Below are positions 19,951-29,942 of a stretch of DNA of 64,000 nucleotides, one piece after another. Numbering within the stretch: position 1 is the first letter of the stretch; the number at the start of each line of letters is the position of its first letter. The position numbers and the translations under genes were made by a program. Source of the DNA: Verrucomicrobiota bacterium (GTDB lineage Bacteria; Verrucomicrobiota; Verrucomicrobiia; Verrucomicrobiales; Akkermansiaceae). The stretch covers positions 19,753 through 83,752 of the forward strand of contig VHCM01000001.1 of assembly GCA_016871685.1 (NCBI GenBank), written 5' to 3'. A model generated the notes under the pieces. That model made no database searches and was not told where the DNA came from. It saw nothing but the letters and a program-made list of their open reading frames with translations.

Positions 19951-20153
19951 GGATGGGTGAGGGTGCGGACTGGAAGTGGGAACAGCCAGGATGCGGAAAC
20001 GATCTATTTCAAATTCAACCCTACCCGGCCCGCCCACGGATTCCAGCCGAAAAGCAGAGCCATCCAGGAACGATACGGGCGGTCCGTCCTTGGTCGTTCC
20101 CAGACCTCACCCCACATGGCAAATCGTCTCCGCCCCGCCGCATTGGGCGCGGG

Positions 20154-21110
20154 TCATTGCTTCGCCTTCGGTTTTCCACGCAATTGATCGTCGAGCCACG
20201 CGAGCATGCGGTGCCGTCCGTCACCACCGGCGGCGAGCGCGTCGTTGTGACCGGCTCCGGGAATCTCCATCCACGTTTTCGGTTCGGCCGCTTTCGCGAA
20301 CAGTTCCCGTCCTTGTGAGACGGGCACCACCGCGTCGCGCGTGCCGTGCACGATCAGCAAGGGCAGCGGAGAAACGCGGTCCACGTGATCGATCGGAGCC
20401 AGCTCGTCGCTGGCAAGCTGCTCGCCCAAACGACCCGCGGCGACCCGCGCCATCGCACGATACGATGCGAACGCGCCGTCGACCACGACGGCACGCAGTC
20501 CCTGAGGCGCCTCATCGGCGATCGCTGCGATCGACTTCGCCCCGCCCATGCTGTGGCCGTAGGAGATCAGTCGTTGCGGATCGACCTGAGGCAGCCGTCG
20601 CGCACGCTCGAACGCCGCCCGCACGTCGCCGACCATGCCGCGCCGATCGACCTCACCGCCCGATTTGCCGAATCCGCGGTAATCATACATGAACACATGG
20701 TAGCCGGCATCGACCAGCCAGGTCACCAGCCCCAGATGGTAGCCGAGGGAGCCCGCGTTGCCGTGCGAAAAAACCACAGTGCCCTTCGGCTTCATCGACG
20801 CCTTGGTCTTGGCCGGCAAAAACCAGCCGTGCAGCGGCGTGCCGTCGGCCGAGGTGAAGCGCACCTCGTCAAAGCGGTAGCCACGATCGGCCGGTGTCGC
20901 TGGCTCGTCGCGCGTGGGCAGGTAAAACCACGCATCAACCCCGCCCGGGCCGAGCACCCCCTTGGCCAGACGGCCGAGTCCGCCATTCGGGTCGTCGAAC
21001 ACGCCGCGAACGGATTCAGGCAGCCACGATTCGTCGGTTGACCCCGACTGCGCGGACGCACTGGCGCAACAGCCCAAGACGATCGATGCGGTACAAACCA
21101 AGGACTTCAT
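20154..21110 (-). CDS. Alpha/beta hydrolase (YfhR/S33-like), exported
   Basis: HGNAG, GHSMGG nucleophile elbow, HGTRD, GHND; signal peptide from ATG 21110. Confidence 0.85.
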   Translation of the reverse strand: MKSLVCTASIVLGCCASASAQSGSTDESWLPESVRGVFDDPNGGLGRLAKGVLGPGGVDAWFYLPTRDEPATPADRGYRFDEVRFTSADGTPLHGWFLPAKTKASMKPKGTVVFSHGNAGSLGYHLGLVTWLVDAGYHVFMYDYRGFGKSGGEVDRRGMVGDVRAAFERARRLPQVDPQRLISYGHSMGGAKSIAAIADEAPQGLRAVVVDGAFASYRAMARVAAGRLGEQLASDELAPIDHVDRVSPLPLLIVHGTRDAVVPVSQGRELFAKAAEPKTWMEIPGAGHNDALAAGGDGRHRMLAWLDDQLRGKPKAKQ

Positions 21111-21243
21111 AAGGCGCACTTGCCAAATCGACATCCAGTGGGATTCTTGTCGAACAAAAGCCGATCTTGCCGATAAAAATCCGCGCGACGGCGACGCTTT
21201 TCCGGTGTTTCATCCCGACACCATTGCCTGTTGGCTCCATTCC

Positions 21244-22482
21244 ATGAAGACCCCATCCCTGATTCCCCTGATCGCGCTGGCCGTCGTTGCCGCCGCCGGT
21301 GGCTATCTCGCCGGACGCCTCGGCAAAACCGACGCCTCATCCCCCGCCGAGGAAGCGGCAACGAATGCCGCGACATCCGTCGCACGCGGCGACCGACGCG
21401 GTGGCGATGATGCCCAACGTCAGGAACGCGGCCAGCGAAGTGCCGCAGATCGCAAGGCGGACGCCCGCAAGCGGGTGGAAGCCATCGCGCGGCTGGCGGA
21501 TCCGCTCGAGCGCGGTCGTGCGCTGCTCGCCCTCGTCGATCAGCTCGGTCCCGAAGAATTCCAGCAGGCAGTCGATCACTTCCGCAGCCTTGGCCTCACC
21601 GAGGACCGCATGGCCGAATACGCCGTGCTGTTGTCCGCATGGGCGAAAGTCGATCCGATCGGCGCGCTCGACTACGCCAAGGCCAACACCACCCGCCCCT
21701 TCGCGATCAACACCATCCTCGGCAGTTGGGCATCGATCGACCCGGATGCGGCGATCCGCTGGGCCGAGTCGAACCACAGCGGCGAAGGCGCGAATCCGTA
21801 TCTCGCGGGCATCATCGGCAGCATCGCCGCCAGCGATCCGGACCGCGCCACCGCGCTGGTCACCGGCATGCCACGCAGCGTCGAGCGCGGACGAGCCCTC
21901 GACGCGTTTCTTCCGCAACTCGTCGCACAAGGAATGGAGGCCACGCGCGCGTGGATCGATGCACTGGGCGACGAAGCACTGCGCGACGGTGCCATCGCCC
22001 GCGCCGCGGAGCAGTTGGCGGCCACGGATCCGGCCGCAGCACTCGATTGGTTGGTATCCAATCCGGGCAGCGCCACCAACCGCAGCATCGATGATGTTTA
22101 CCGCAACTGGATGCGTGTGGACCGCGATGCCGCCGTTGCCTCGCTTGCGACCCTGCCGCAAGGAGAACCCCGCGCCAACGCGCTGCGCGGCGTGGTTTCC
22201 GACATCACGCGCGACGATCCGCAGGCCGCCATCGGCCTGATGGACCAATACGCAGGAGACGTCACCGACCGCGTTGTCCAGAACTTCATCTGGAACGCCT
22301 TCGGCACCGATCCCGCCAGCGCCATCTCCCAGATCGGACGCATCGCCGATGAGGGATCGCGCAACCGCATGTACGGCCGCACGCTGGGCGCCTGGCTCGA
22401 GCGCGACCCGGCCGGCGCAGGCGCGTGGATCGACAGCAATCCGCTGCCCGAACGCGTGCTCGAACGACTGGAGAACCGCTGA
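21244..22482 (+). CDS. Exported helical-repeat protein of unknown function
   Basis: N-terminal hydrophobic segment; about 8 repeats of the type W-x3-DP-x-AA-x2-W. Confidence 0.75.
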   Translation: MKTPSLIPLIALAVVAAAGGYLAGRLGKTDASSPAEEAATNAATSVARGDRRGGDDAQRQERGQRSAADRKADARKRVEAIARLADPLERGRALLALVDQLGPEEFQQAVDHFRSLGLTEDRMAEYAVLLSAWAKVDPIGALDYAKANTTRPFAINTILGSWASIDPDAAIRWAESNHSGEGANPYLAGIIGSIAASDPDRATALVTGMPRSVERGRALDAFLPQLVAQGMEATRAWIDALGDEALRDGAIARAAEQLAATDPAAALDWLVSNPGSATNRSIDDVYRNWMRVDRDAAVASLATLPQGEPRANALRGVVSDITRDDPQAAIGLMDQYAGDVTDRVVQNFIWNAFGTDPASAISQIGRIADEGSRNRMYGRTLGAWLERDPAGAGAWIDSNPLPERVLERLENR

Positions 22483-22496
22483 GCACCACGGCGGCC

Positions 22497-22727
<231 letters not shown>

Positions 22728-22868
22728 GGTGGTTTCAGGGGTTTTGTTTGGAATGCGGACCGCACCTGGCATCTGCCGGGACTTCTTCACGATCCGTGCT
22801 CTTCCTGAAGCATCACCTAGAGGATGGCAATCAAAATCGAATCACCATCCCGCGATCGCGGCAGCCCA

Positions 22869-23558
22869 TCACTTCGCAGGCTCCGGGGTGGACTCGCTGC
22901 CTGAAGCCGCGTCGGGAGCGGACGCCGGATAGGCCGGCAGCAGCTTCAGGATCTCATCCGGCGTCACCGCCCAGGCACCCGACCTGCCGGTGAGCCCGAA
23001 GCGCATCTCGGTGCGCGCGGTCGCTTCCACTGACGAAAAATCCGCGGGATACACCAGCGAGTAGGAACCATTCACCAGATTGTTGTCATAGATCCGGATC
23101 ACATGACTGCCGTCCGCTTTCCGGGCATAGGAATGCGCGACCACCGCGTGGTGGCCGTAGGCGATGGCGAGCGGCCCCGGCGAGTCCCTGACTTTCTCGA
23201 CCAGCTTGCGATGGGAGTCGGCCACACCCAGGTGCCGCCACTCCGCATCGAGATAGCGCTGGAACACTCCGACGTGGGCATTGCTCATGAAGTGCTGGAT
23301 GAACGCGGTGACGTTCGCCTTGCGCAACTCGAACACCGTTTGCGCGTCGGATTGGAAATCGGATGGCGAGAACTTGCCGGCTTTGAAGAGCACCGCGGTC
23401 ATCGAATAACCGACACAGCGGTTGTCGTTCACGAATGGATAGGTGTCGGTGAAGAACCGGATGCCCTGTTGCGCCCCGTGCAGGGGAGCGAAAGAACCCA
23501 AGCAAACCAGCAGGGCGCTGCAGCGTGCGATGCGTTGGATCTGGCGGAATGGATTCAT
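22869..23558 (-). CDS. Exported hypothetical protein, possible papain-like Cys-His-Asp fold
   Basis: Signal peptide; RCVGYSM, GHHAVVA, IRIYDNN in papain-like order. Confidence 0.5.
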   Translation of the reverse strand: MNPFRQIQRIARCSALLVCLGSFAPLHGAQQGIRFFTDTYPFVNDNRCVGYSMTAVLFKAGKFSPSDFQSDAQTVFELRKANVTAFIQHFMSNAHVGVFQRYLDAEWRHLGVADSHRKLVEKVRDSPGPLAIAYGHHAVVAHSYARKADGSHVIRIYDNNLVNGSYSLVYPADFSSVEATARTEMRFGLTGRSGAWAVTPDEILKLLPAYPASAPDAASGSESTPEPAK

Positions 23559-23728
23559 CGGGATGGACTTGCGTTGGATTCTTGGCATGGGTTGGTGGGA
23601 TGTGATTTCATCGCAGCGGCAGTATACCGGGCCGAAACGCATCGCGCCAGCATTCGTTCGAATGCCGCGGAATCGCCGAGGAACGGCTCCGCGTCTTCAT
23701 CCAAGCCTGGGCCAGAGGGGTGGAAGAT

Positions 23729-23865
23729 GCGCTCTCGCGAGAGCGCGTTGATGCTCCGTGCCGATTGTTCGCGTTGAAGAACACGGGCGGGCCACCCGTT
23801 CCCTCCTTTGTGCTCCGCGCATCTTCTTTCTCTTCCCCAATAACCATAACCGATAACCATAACCG
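23729..23865. repeat. Intergenic REP-like hairpin plus short tandem repeat
   Basis: GCGCTCTC-GC-GAGAGCGC at 23729-23746; (ATAACCATAACCG)x2 at 23840-23865. Confidence 0.55.
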
Positions 23866-23874
23866 ATCACCCCC

Positions 23875-24720
23875 TTACCTCCCCCGTTTGACGAGCAATC
23901 CGTATTTCGGGCTGAAGATCCAAGCGGCGAGGAAGAGCAGGCCGAGGACGAGGACGATGGCCGGGCCTTGTTCGAGGTTGAGCCACCAACCGAGGAGCAC
24001 GGCGGCGGCGGCGGCGAGTCCGCCGAGAAGCGCGCCGCCCCAGAACATCGCGTGGGTGGAATCGGTGAGCAGGTAAAGGGTGGCGGCGGGGGTGACGAGC
24101 AGGCCGACGGCGAGTATGCAGCCGACGGCTTGGAGCGACGAGATGAGGACGACGATGAGGATGGCGAGAAGCAGGTAGTGGAGGGCGCGCACCGGCACGC
24201 CGAGCGTGGCGGCGACTTCCGCGTCGAAGAGGGTCATGAGCAGCGGACGGTGGAGCGCGGTGAGCACGCCGAGCGAGGCGGCCGAAATCCAGAAGACGGT
24301 CCACAAATCGTGATCGCGCAGGCCCATGATGTTGCCGAAGAGCCAGTCGTCCATCTCACGGGTCACGCCGAGTCGGCGCAGCAGGATGATGCCACCGCTG
24401 AACGCCGCGGTGTAGAGGATGGCCAGTGCCGAATCCTGGTCGATGCGCGATCCGCGCGAGACGGCGAGCGATCCGAGGCCGATGAGCAGTGCGGCGAAGA
24501 GACTGCCGAGGAAGGCGCTCCAGTCGTTGAGACCGGCGACGAGGATGGCCACGGCGATGCCCGGCAGCAGCGCGTGCGACAGCGAGCCGACCTTGAGCGC
24601 GGATTTGCGCAGCACGACAAAGGCGCTGACGTATCCGTTGGTGCAGCCGATGAGCACGGCGGCGAGCAGCGCGCGCTGGTTGAACGGATGACGGAACGGT
24701 TCGATCAGCCAGTCGGGCAT
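23875..24720 (-). CDS. Metal (Zn/Mn) ABC transporter permease (ABC-3 family)
   Basis: SLSHALLPGIAVA, WLFGNIMG, SLQAVGCILAVGLLVTPAATL. Confidence 0.9.
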   Translation of the reverse strand: MPDWLIEPFRHPFNQRALLAAVLIGCTNGYVSAFVVLRKSALKVGSLSHALLPGIAVAILVAGLNDWSAFLGSLFAALLIGLGSLAVSRGSRIDQDSALAILYTAAFSGGIILLRRLGVTREMDDWLFGNIMGLRDHDLWTVFWISAASLGVLTALHRPLLMTLFDAEVAATLGVPVRALHYLLLAILIVVLISSLQAVGCILAVGLLVTPAATLYLLTDSTHAMFWGGALLGGLAAAAAVLLGWWLNLEQGPAIVLVLGLLFLAAWIFSPKYGLLVKRGR

Positions 24721-25475
24721 GCGGCCTCCTTCCTGCCGAAGGTTGCATCGAGCAGCGGATCGCGGAACACCTCATCGACCGGACCGAAGGCGATCGCGCG
24801 GCGGCGGAGCAGCAGCACTTCGTCGTAGAGCCCGCGCACGGTCTCGAGCTCGTGGTGGGCGGCGATCACCAGCCGCCCTTCGGTGGCGATGCGGCGCAGC
24901 GTTGCGGCGAGCGTCGCCTTGGCATTGCGGTCGAGACCGGTGAACGGCTCGTCGAGCAGAAACACGTGGGCTTCCTGTGCGAGCGCGCGGGCGAGGAACA
25001 CGCGCTGTTGCTGGCCGCCGCTCAGCTCGCTGATCTGGCGGCGGCGCAACGCACTGAGATCCATCAGCTCGATCGCGCGGTTGATCGCCGCTTCATCGGC
25101 GCGCGAGAACGGCCGCCACCACCCGGCCTGCGGGTAACGTCCCATGCGCACGACTCGCTCGACGGTGATCGGGAACCGCCAGTCGACCTCCTCGCGCTGC
25201 GGCAGATAGGCGATTTCGCGGCTCCAGCGCGCAACGCGCGTGCCGCGCCAGAGGATGCGTCCGCCCGTGACGGGCAGGAGTCCGGCGACCGCCTTGAGCA
25301 GCGTGCTCTTGCCCGCGCCATTCGGCCCGATCAACGCCACGCACGATCCACACGAGGTCGCGAAGGACACGCCATCGAGCGCGAACGTCTCGCGATAACG
25401 CACCCGCAGATCCTCCACGAGCAATTCGTGGTGATGGGCGTGGTGCGCGCAGCACGGATGGGAGGAAGCAGTCAT
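24705..25475 (-). CDS. Metal ABC transporter ATP-binding protein
   Basis: GPNGAGKS, LSGGQQQR, LLDEPFTG; His/Cys-rich N-terminus. Confidence 0.9.
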   Translation of the reverse strand: MTASSHPCCAHHAHHHELLVEDLRVRYRETFALDGVSFATSCGSCVALIGPNGAGKSTLLKAVAGLLPVTGGRILWRGTRVARWSREIAYLPQREEVDWRFPITVERVVRMGRYPQAGWWRPFSRADEAAINRAIELMDLSALRRRQISELSGGQQQRVFLARALAQEAHVFLLDEPFTGLDRNAKATLAATLRRIATEGRLVIAAHHELETVRGLYDEVLLLRRRAIAFGPVDEVFRDPLLDATFGRKEAACPTG

Positions 25476-25482
25476 GCGGGGA

Positions 25483-25926
25483 TCAATGGGCGCCCGGCCA
25501 CTCGAAACGCAGGGTTTCGACACACGCGCCCGATCCGGTCGCGTAGCGCGTGAGGTCCTCGCGCCCCTCGGGCAGCAGCGTGACGAACACCGCGGTTTCC
25601 TTGGCGGATTCGAACTCGATGGAAAGCAAGCCGACCCCGTCATCCCACGGGATCACCACATCGTGCTCGGATTCGCCCGCGGCGAACGGTGTCGACTGCA
25701 GCAGGATCCGGCCCTGCGCATCCGCCACCGCGAGACGCGCGAGCGGATCCACCGTCTTGACGCGTAGCACCGCGGCGACGGATCCGGCGGGCACCGATGG
25801 CGCGGCGGCAACGACGGCGGGTGTCGCGGGACGACTCGTCAGCCGCTGCAGCGGGATGGCGAGCAACGCGAGGCCGACCGCCACACCGGCGGTGCCAAGC
25901 AACGGGGAAAGCGGAAGGCGGCTCAT
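25483..25926 (-). CDS. Membrane-anchored hypothetical protein inside the metal ABC operon
   Basis: 147 aa from ATG 25926, overlapping the SBP stop; N-terminal TM. Confidence 0.65.
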   Translation of the reverse strand: MSRLPLSPLLGTAGVAVGLALLAIPLQRLTSRPATPAVVAAAPSVPAGSVAAVLRVKTVDPLARLAVADAQGRILLQSTPFAAGESEHDVVIPWDDGVGLLSIEFESAKETAVFVTLLPEGREDLTRYATGSGACVETLRFEWPGAH

Positions 25927-26825
25927 GGTGCGGCGAGGGCGCGGACGATGCAGCCGACGTTGTGACGGATCATCCCTTCGAAACCGGCGTTGGCACCCGT
26001 GCCGTTGCCATCGGCAATGAGCGCGGTGGAGATGCGGGTGCCGGTCGCTTTCGCGATCGACTGCAAGGCCTTGTCGCTCGCGTCTTCCTCGGGAAACACC
26101 GCACGCACTCCCGACGCCCGGACCGACCCGATCGTCTTCGCCAGATCCTTGGGTGTCGTGTTCTGCTCCTTGTTCAATCCGGCCACGGCGATCACTTCGA
26201 AGCCGAACTCCTTTGAAAAATACGCGAACGCATTGTGCGCGGTCACCAGCTTGCGTTGCGCGCGCGGCACCTTCGCCAATTCGTCTTTCGCCCAGCGCTT
26301 GAGTCCCTCCAGCCGCTTGCCATACGCCGCCGCGTTCGCGAGATACCCGTCGCGGCCCGTGGGATCGGCCTCTCCCAACGCTTGCGCCACCACGCGCGCC
26401 GCACGCCGCATCGACTCGATCCCGTGCCACCAGTGCGGGTCGATCGATCCCGGCGCATGCTGCGGACAGCAGGTGTACACCTCATCGGCACCGACCGCCA
26501 ACGAAGGGATCGTCCGTCCCACCTCGACCACCGTCACCCCGCCGAGCGAGGCCGACACGCGGTCGAGGTACGGTTCGAGCCCCTTGCCCGCCGCGAGCAC
26601 CAGCGACGCCGCGCGCATCTTCCGAAGATCCTCCGGCTGCGGCTCGTAGCGGTGCGGATTGCCACCCTCGCCCACCAAATCAAACACCTCGACGCGCTCG
26701 CCGCCCACTTGATGCGCCAGATCCGCCATCAGCGGATGCAGCGCCGCGACCCGGACCGCAGGACCCGCCCACGCCGACACAAGCGTCCAAGCTCCGGCAA
26801 CGACCGCGATCAGAATGCTGCGCAT
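25923..26825 (-). CDS. Metal ABC substrate-binding protein (ZnuA/TroA family)
   Basis: NPHRYEP, IDPHWW, VTAHNAFAYF, AVFPE. Confidence 0.9.
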   Translation of the reverse strand: MRSILIAVVAGAWTLVSAWAGPAVRVAALHPLMADLAHQVGGERVEVFDLVGEGGNPHRYEPQPEDLRKMRAASLVLAAGKGLEPYLDRVSASLGGVTVVEVGRTIPSLAVGADEVYTCCPQHAPGSIDPHWWHGIESMRRAARVVAQALGEADPTGRDGYLANAAAYGKRLEGLKRWAKDELAKVPRAQRKLVTAHNAFAYFSKEFGFEVIAVAGLNKEQNTTPKDLAKTIGSVRASGVRAVFPEEDASDKALQSIAKATGTRISTALIADGNGTGANAGFEGMIRHNVGCIVRALAAP

Positions 26826-26853
26826 GCACAAAGTCTCCACCCGGCCCCGCCTT

Positions 26854-26872
26854 AATGCAAGCGAATTGCGTT
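26854..26872. promoter_or_regulatory. Possible metalloregulator operator
   Basis: AATGCAA-N5-TTGCGTT near-palindrome about 30 nt upstream of the SBP start. Confidence 0.3.
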
Positions 26873-26890
26873 TTGAATCCTGCCCATCAG

Positions 26891-27142
26891 TTACAGGTCA
26901 TGGAACTCGTCTTCCGTGAGTTCCGCCTGCTTCAGAATGGAACGGAAAGTTCCTGTGGGCACATCCCCGGTGTGCATCGGCAGGTAGGTCTGCCGCCCGT
27001 CACGGTGGCGCAACACGAGATGCGATCCGCTTTGCCGACGTTCCTCGAAACCGGCACGCTTGAGAAGTTTGCGAAAAGGTGTAGCCGGTGGAGCGAGAAG
27101 ATGTTGGCCAGGGCAAGGCGTTGCGATGGAGTGGATTGACAT
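26891..27142 (-). CDS. hicA: HicA-family toxin, orphan, N-terminus possibly degenerate
   Basis: [49 protein letters not shown]. Confidence 0.7.
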   Translation of the reverse strand: MSIHSIATPCPGQHLLAPPATPFRKLLKRAGFEERRQSGSHLVLRHRDGRQTYLPMHTGDVPTGTFRSILKQAELTEDEFHDL

Positions 27143-27271
27143 CCATGACTGAGCAACAACGCAGCCATGGAGGAAAGATTCCGCTTCTCATACAAATCCG
27201 GCGAAGCCGCAAATGTCCCACACCCAACTCCAACCACCGGCTACAGATTTGAGCAAAATGCTCTACAGCTT

Positions 27272-27431
27272 GCGCAACACCTCTTTCGCCTAGTGAGGTA
27301 TGTCACGCGACCTCCATGAATGCAAGGATTGCCTCAGGCTGGACGACGATGGGCTCACCATGGACGCGTTTTTCCTCATTCCACAGATTGACCAGATCGG
27401 CAAGAACGTAGCCTCAACCGGCTGGTTCGGC
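27272..27431 (-). other. Degenerate attC (cassette 5)
   Basis: R'' GCCGAAC, L'' GGTTGAGG and L' CCTCACT present. No GTT at the expected R' position; GTTGCGC lies about 7 nt further on. Confidence 0.5.
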
Positions 27432-27437
27432 ATTTGA

Positions 27438-27737
27438 TCATGTTCCGTAAGTGTTGAATGCCCAAGAGACTCCAACATACAGCGACGCAAGGGAAGATAT
27501 GAGTATGAGCGAGAGAGCAAAGAGCTTTGCCGGTCGCCATCGGGGCTTTGACGTGAAGAGAGGAGATTGGCGAAGCGCCCAGAAATAGGCGGGAAACGCG
27601 AGAACGAGGGGAACAAGGAACACGCCGATCTCGTTTCGAGCGAAGGATGGAAGTGCCTGTGCGTGGCCGTATAGGAGGAATTGGCCCAGCACGTGGGTGC
27701 CGAAGATGCTTCCATAAGCAATGAGGAGTCTCTTCAT
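27438..27737 (-). CDS. Cassette 5: small membrane protein (99 aa)
   Basis: ATG 17 nt inside the cassette boundary; three hydrophobic segments; stop just before attC. Confidence 0.7.
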   Translation of the reverse strand: MKRLLIAYGSIFGTHVLGQFLLYGHAQALPSFARNEIGVFLVPLVLAFPAYFWALRQSPLFTSKPRWRPAKLFALSLILISSLASLYVGVSWAFNTYGT

Positions 27738-27747
27738 ATCATCTCTT

Positions 27748-27820
27748 GCCAAAACGATCAAGCTCACCGGCGGCAATGGAGCGCAGCGGAATTGCCGTCC
27801 GGTGTAGCGCCTTGTTAGGC
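27748..27820 (-). other. attC (cassette 4)
   Basis: GCCTAAC-AAGGC-GCTACACC...GGTGAGC-TTGATC-GTT(TTGGC); canonical box spacing with an extrahelical base. Confidence 0.9.
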
Positions 27821-27862
27821 TGTTCTTGGTATCCAAACGGCTGTCCGTTTTTGATTTCACAA

Positions 27863-29854
27863 CTATATTTTCAACATCCCCAGCCCAGCCAGATACTCAT
27901 AAGTCCTGTCATAATATTCCGACTTTCGCGTCACATCATTCTCCGACCCTTCCGGTACCAGCACCACCATGCCTTGCCGGGCGCGAGTTAAAAGGACGCG
28001 ATAGGCGTTCTTGAGATATGACTTTCTCTCAACCGCCCGTATTCTATTCCACCGCATGGCCTGCTGATTCGGAACCGCGCGAAACTCGTATGTTTCCCAG
28101 CTATTGCCCGCGAATCTGTAGTCAGCATCCCAAGCCACGCAGACCCAGTCGAGTTCAAGCCCCTGCACGTCAAATTCAGTGGCGACGTCTTCCATGAAGA
28201 AAGACGAGCGCACATCATCACGGCCATTAAGAAACCAATGCACTGGGCTGGCTTTGGCCTTTACATCAAGCGCCAGTGGTCTGAGTCGGGCTCCTTTGGA
28301 TGACGCGACTATGCCGTACCTTTCAGAACCATGCGCCTGTGCTCTCAGCCAAGCTTTTGCTTTATGGATGTCGCGTGTGAGCGCCAATGGATAATGCTCT
28401 GAAACTTCGCGCACCATATTGCGGGCAAGTTCGCCTTCCACATCGAGTATATGCTTCACAAGCGATGACACCTTCTCACTGCGGAATGATCGTATCGACG
28501 TCTTCAAATGCAATTCGGGCAAACGGATCACTGCGCTGTGCTGAGCCAACGATTTTTCGGTCTTCTCTGCCCCGAATTCCGCTTCTGCGAGTTGGTCAGA
28601 GACGTAGATCTTCCATTCCGGGAAAGATCGGTACACCGATTCAATCCATTCACCGATTCCAGCCTCGCCGGTGTTGATCTCCTGACCTCCGCCGACCAAG
28701 CAGACTACTACGGCCCAATCCTGGTGACGGTTCATACAAGAGATCAAGAACTCGGGTTCGGACATACGAAAGTTCGGCTGATTCTTCTTTCGCTTCATGA
28801 AATCGATGGTCATGTCGCGAGTCCAAGCCCTTTGGGCTTCATCAAATATTGCAACATGCTCAATGGGTGGATTGATGGGATCATGCAAACCTTCATCGCG
28901 GAAATGGTGAATGATTTGAACGAAAGCCTTCACTTCGCTGAGAGCCTCGCCCTTTCTGAACTTCGCACCCATCTCTCGAGTGCGCAGTACCTTGTCCCGG
29001 GCCAAAGCTTCCTGCAATACGGCGACCAAGGGGCCGTTGCCTGAAAGGTACACGCTATAAAGCTCGTCTTTGGCATCGATATGTTTTGTTGCGATATCCA
29101 GCCCGACAAGAGTCTTGCCAGCGCCGGGAACGCCGGTCACAAAGCAGACCGCCTTTTCGCCATTATCTCTGGTGGTTCGGATGATCTCAGAAACAGATGC
29201 AGAGGTCGTGGTCAGGTTGTCGCCAGCGTCGTTCTTTGTGATCTCCACTACCGAATGGCCGCGATAGAGCGCCAGAGTCGCTTCAATTATGGTCGGAGTC
29301 GGTTTGTACCGGCTCTGCTCCCACTCCAAGCCATTTAACGCCGGCCCTTTCGCCGCTGCCAGGCCCAGAGCGATGGCCTTGGAAAATGTTTTCTCGTTGG
29401 CTTTCAATGGCCTAAAAAGCCTGCCCCTGGCAAGAACTGCCTCTTTAGATGCATGTGTGTCTTGTGCTCCTGTGGCGACCAATACAGGAATGATGAATTT
29501 GTCGTGGCTACCTTCGTGGAAGTTGGAAAGATCTAGGCCATAGTCCATAACCTGATCCAGGTCTTGCGCGTTAAAGGCCTTCTCGCCCACTTTGAATTCA
29601 ATGACAAATATCACCGGCCCGATTAGCACGATTGCATCCACCCGGCGGCCCATGCGCGGGATGGAGTATTCGAAATAGATGTCTCCATCGTGGCCTGCCA
29701 AGCCGAGTTTCAGGCATTTCATCTGGTCGACCCAGGCGTCGCGTTGTTGGGGGGTGAGGTCAAAAGAGTTTACAGTTGCCATTTGGCCGAGGATGGCCGA
29801 TTGGTCAGCAGCGGCGAAGCGGGAGATCGTGGATTTGTAGAAGTAGCGGTTCAT
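27863..29854 (-). CDS. Cassette 4: PD-(D/E)XK-type nuclease fused to DUF2075 (SF1-like) helicase
   Basis: EYSIPRMGRRVDAIVL, IEFKVG, DQVMDY; Walker A GVPGAGKT; Walker B FDEAQR; QGLELDW; YRVLLTRARQG. Confidence 0.85.
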   Translation of the reverse strand: MNRYFYKSTISRFAAADQSAILGQMATVNSFDLTPQQRDAWVDQMKCLKLGLAGHDGDIYFEYSIPRMGRRVDAIVLIGPVIFVIEFKVGEKAFNAQDLDQVMDYGLDLSNFHEGSHDKFIIPVLVATGAQDTHASKEAVLARGRLFRPLKANEKTFSKAIALGLAAAKGPALNGLEWEQSRYKPTPTIIEATLALYRGHSVVEITKNDAGDNLTTTSASVSEIIRTTRDNGEKAVCFVTGVPGAGKTLVGLDIATKHIDAKDELYSVYLSGNGPLVAVLQEALARDKVLRTREMGAKFRKGEALSEVKAFVQIIHHFRDEGLHDPINPPIEHVAIFDEAQRAWTRDMTIDFMKRKKNQPNFRMSEPEFLISCMNRHQDWAVVVCLVGGGQEINTGEAGIGEWIESVYRSFPEWKIYVSDQLAEAEFGAEKTEKSLAQHSAVIRLPELHLKTSIRSFRSEKVSSLVKHILDVEGELARNMVREVSEHYPLALTRDIHKAKAWLRAQAHGSERYGIVASSKGARLRPLALDVKAKASPVHWFLNGRDDVRSSFFMEDVATEFDVQGLELDWVCVAWDADYRFAGNSWETYEFRAVPNQQAMRWNRIRAVERKSYLKNAYRVLLTRARQGMVVLVPEGSENDVTRKSEYYDRTYEYLAGLGMLKI

Positions 29855-29942
29855 CAGATCCTCTCGCCCTTTGGAAACCGCCTTAGAACTACCTCTGTCA
29901 CAAGCATTTTGTCTTCGCTATGCATCAGAATTACTATCAACA

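Noticed and set aside
23840-23865. Short tandem repeat as a phase-variation switch
   Set aside because: Only two units, located downstream of an operon rather than in a promoter or coding region.
26800-27300. Duplicated tRNA 3' end marking an integrative island boundary
   Set aside because: No copy of the tRNA-Ser 3' sequence seen at the distal end of the array, so mobility of the whole integron is unsupported.
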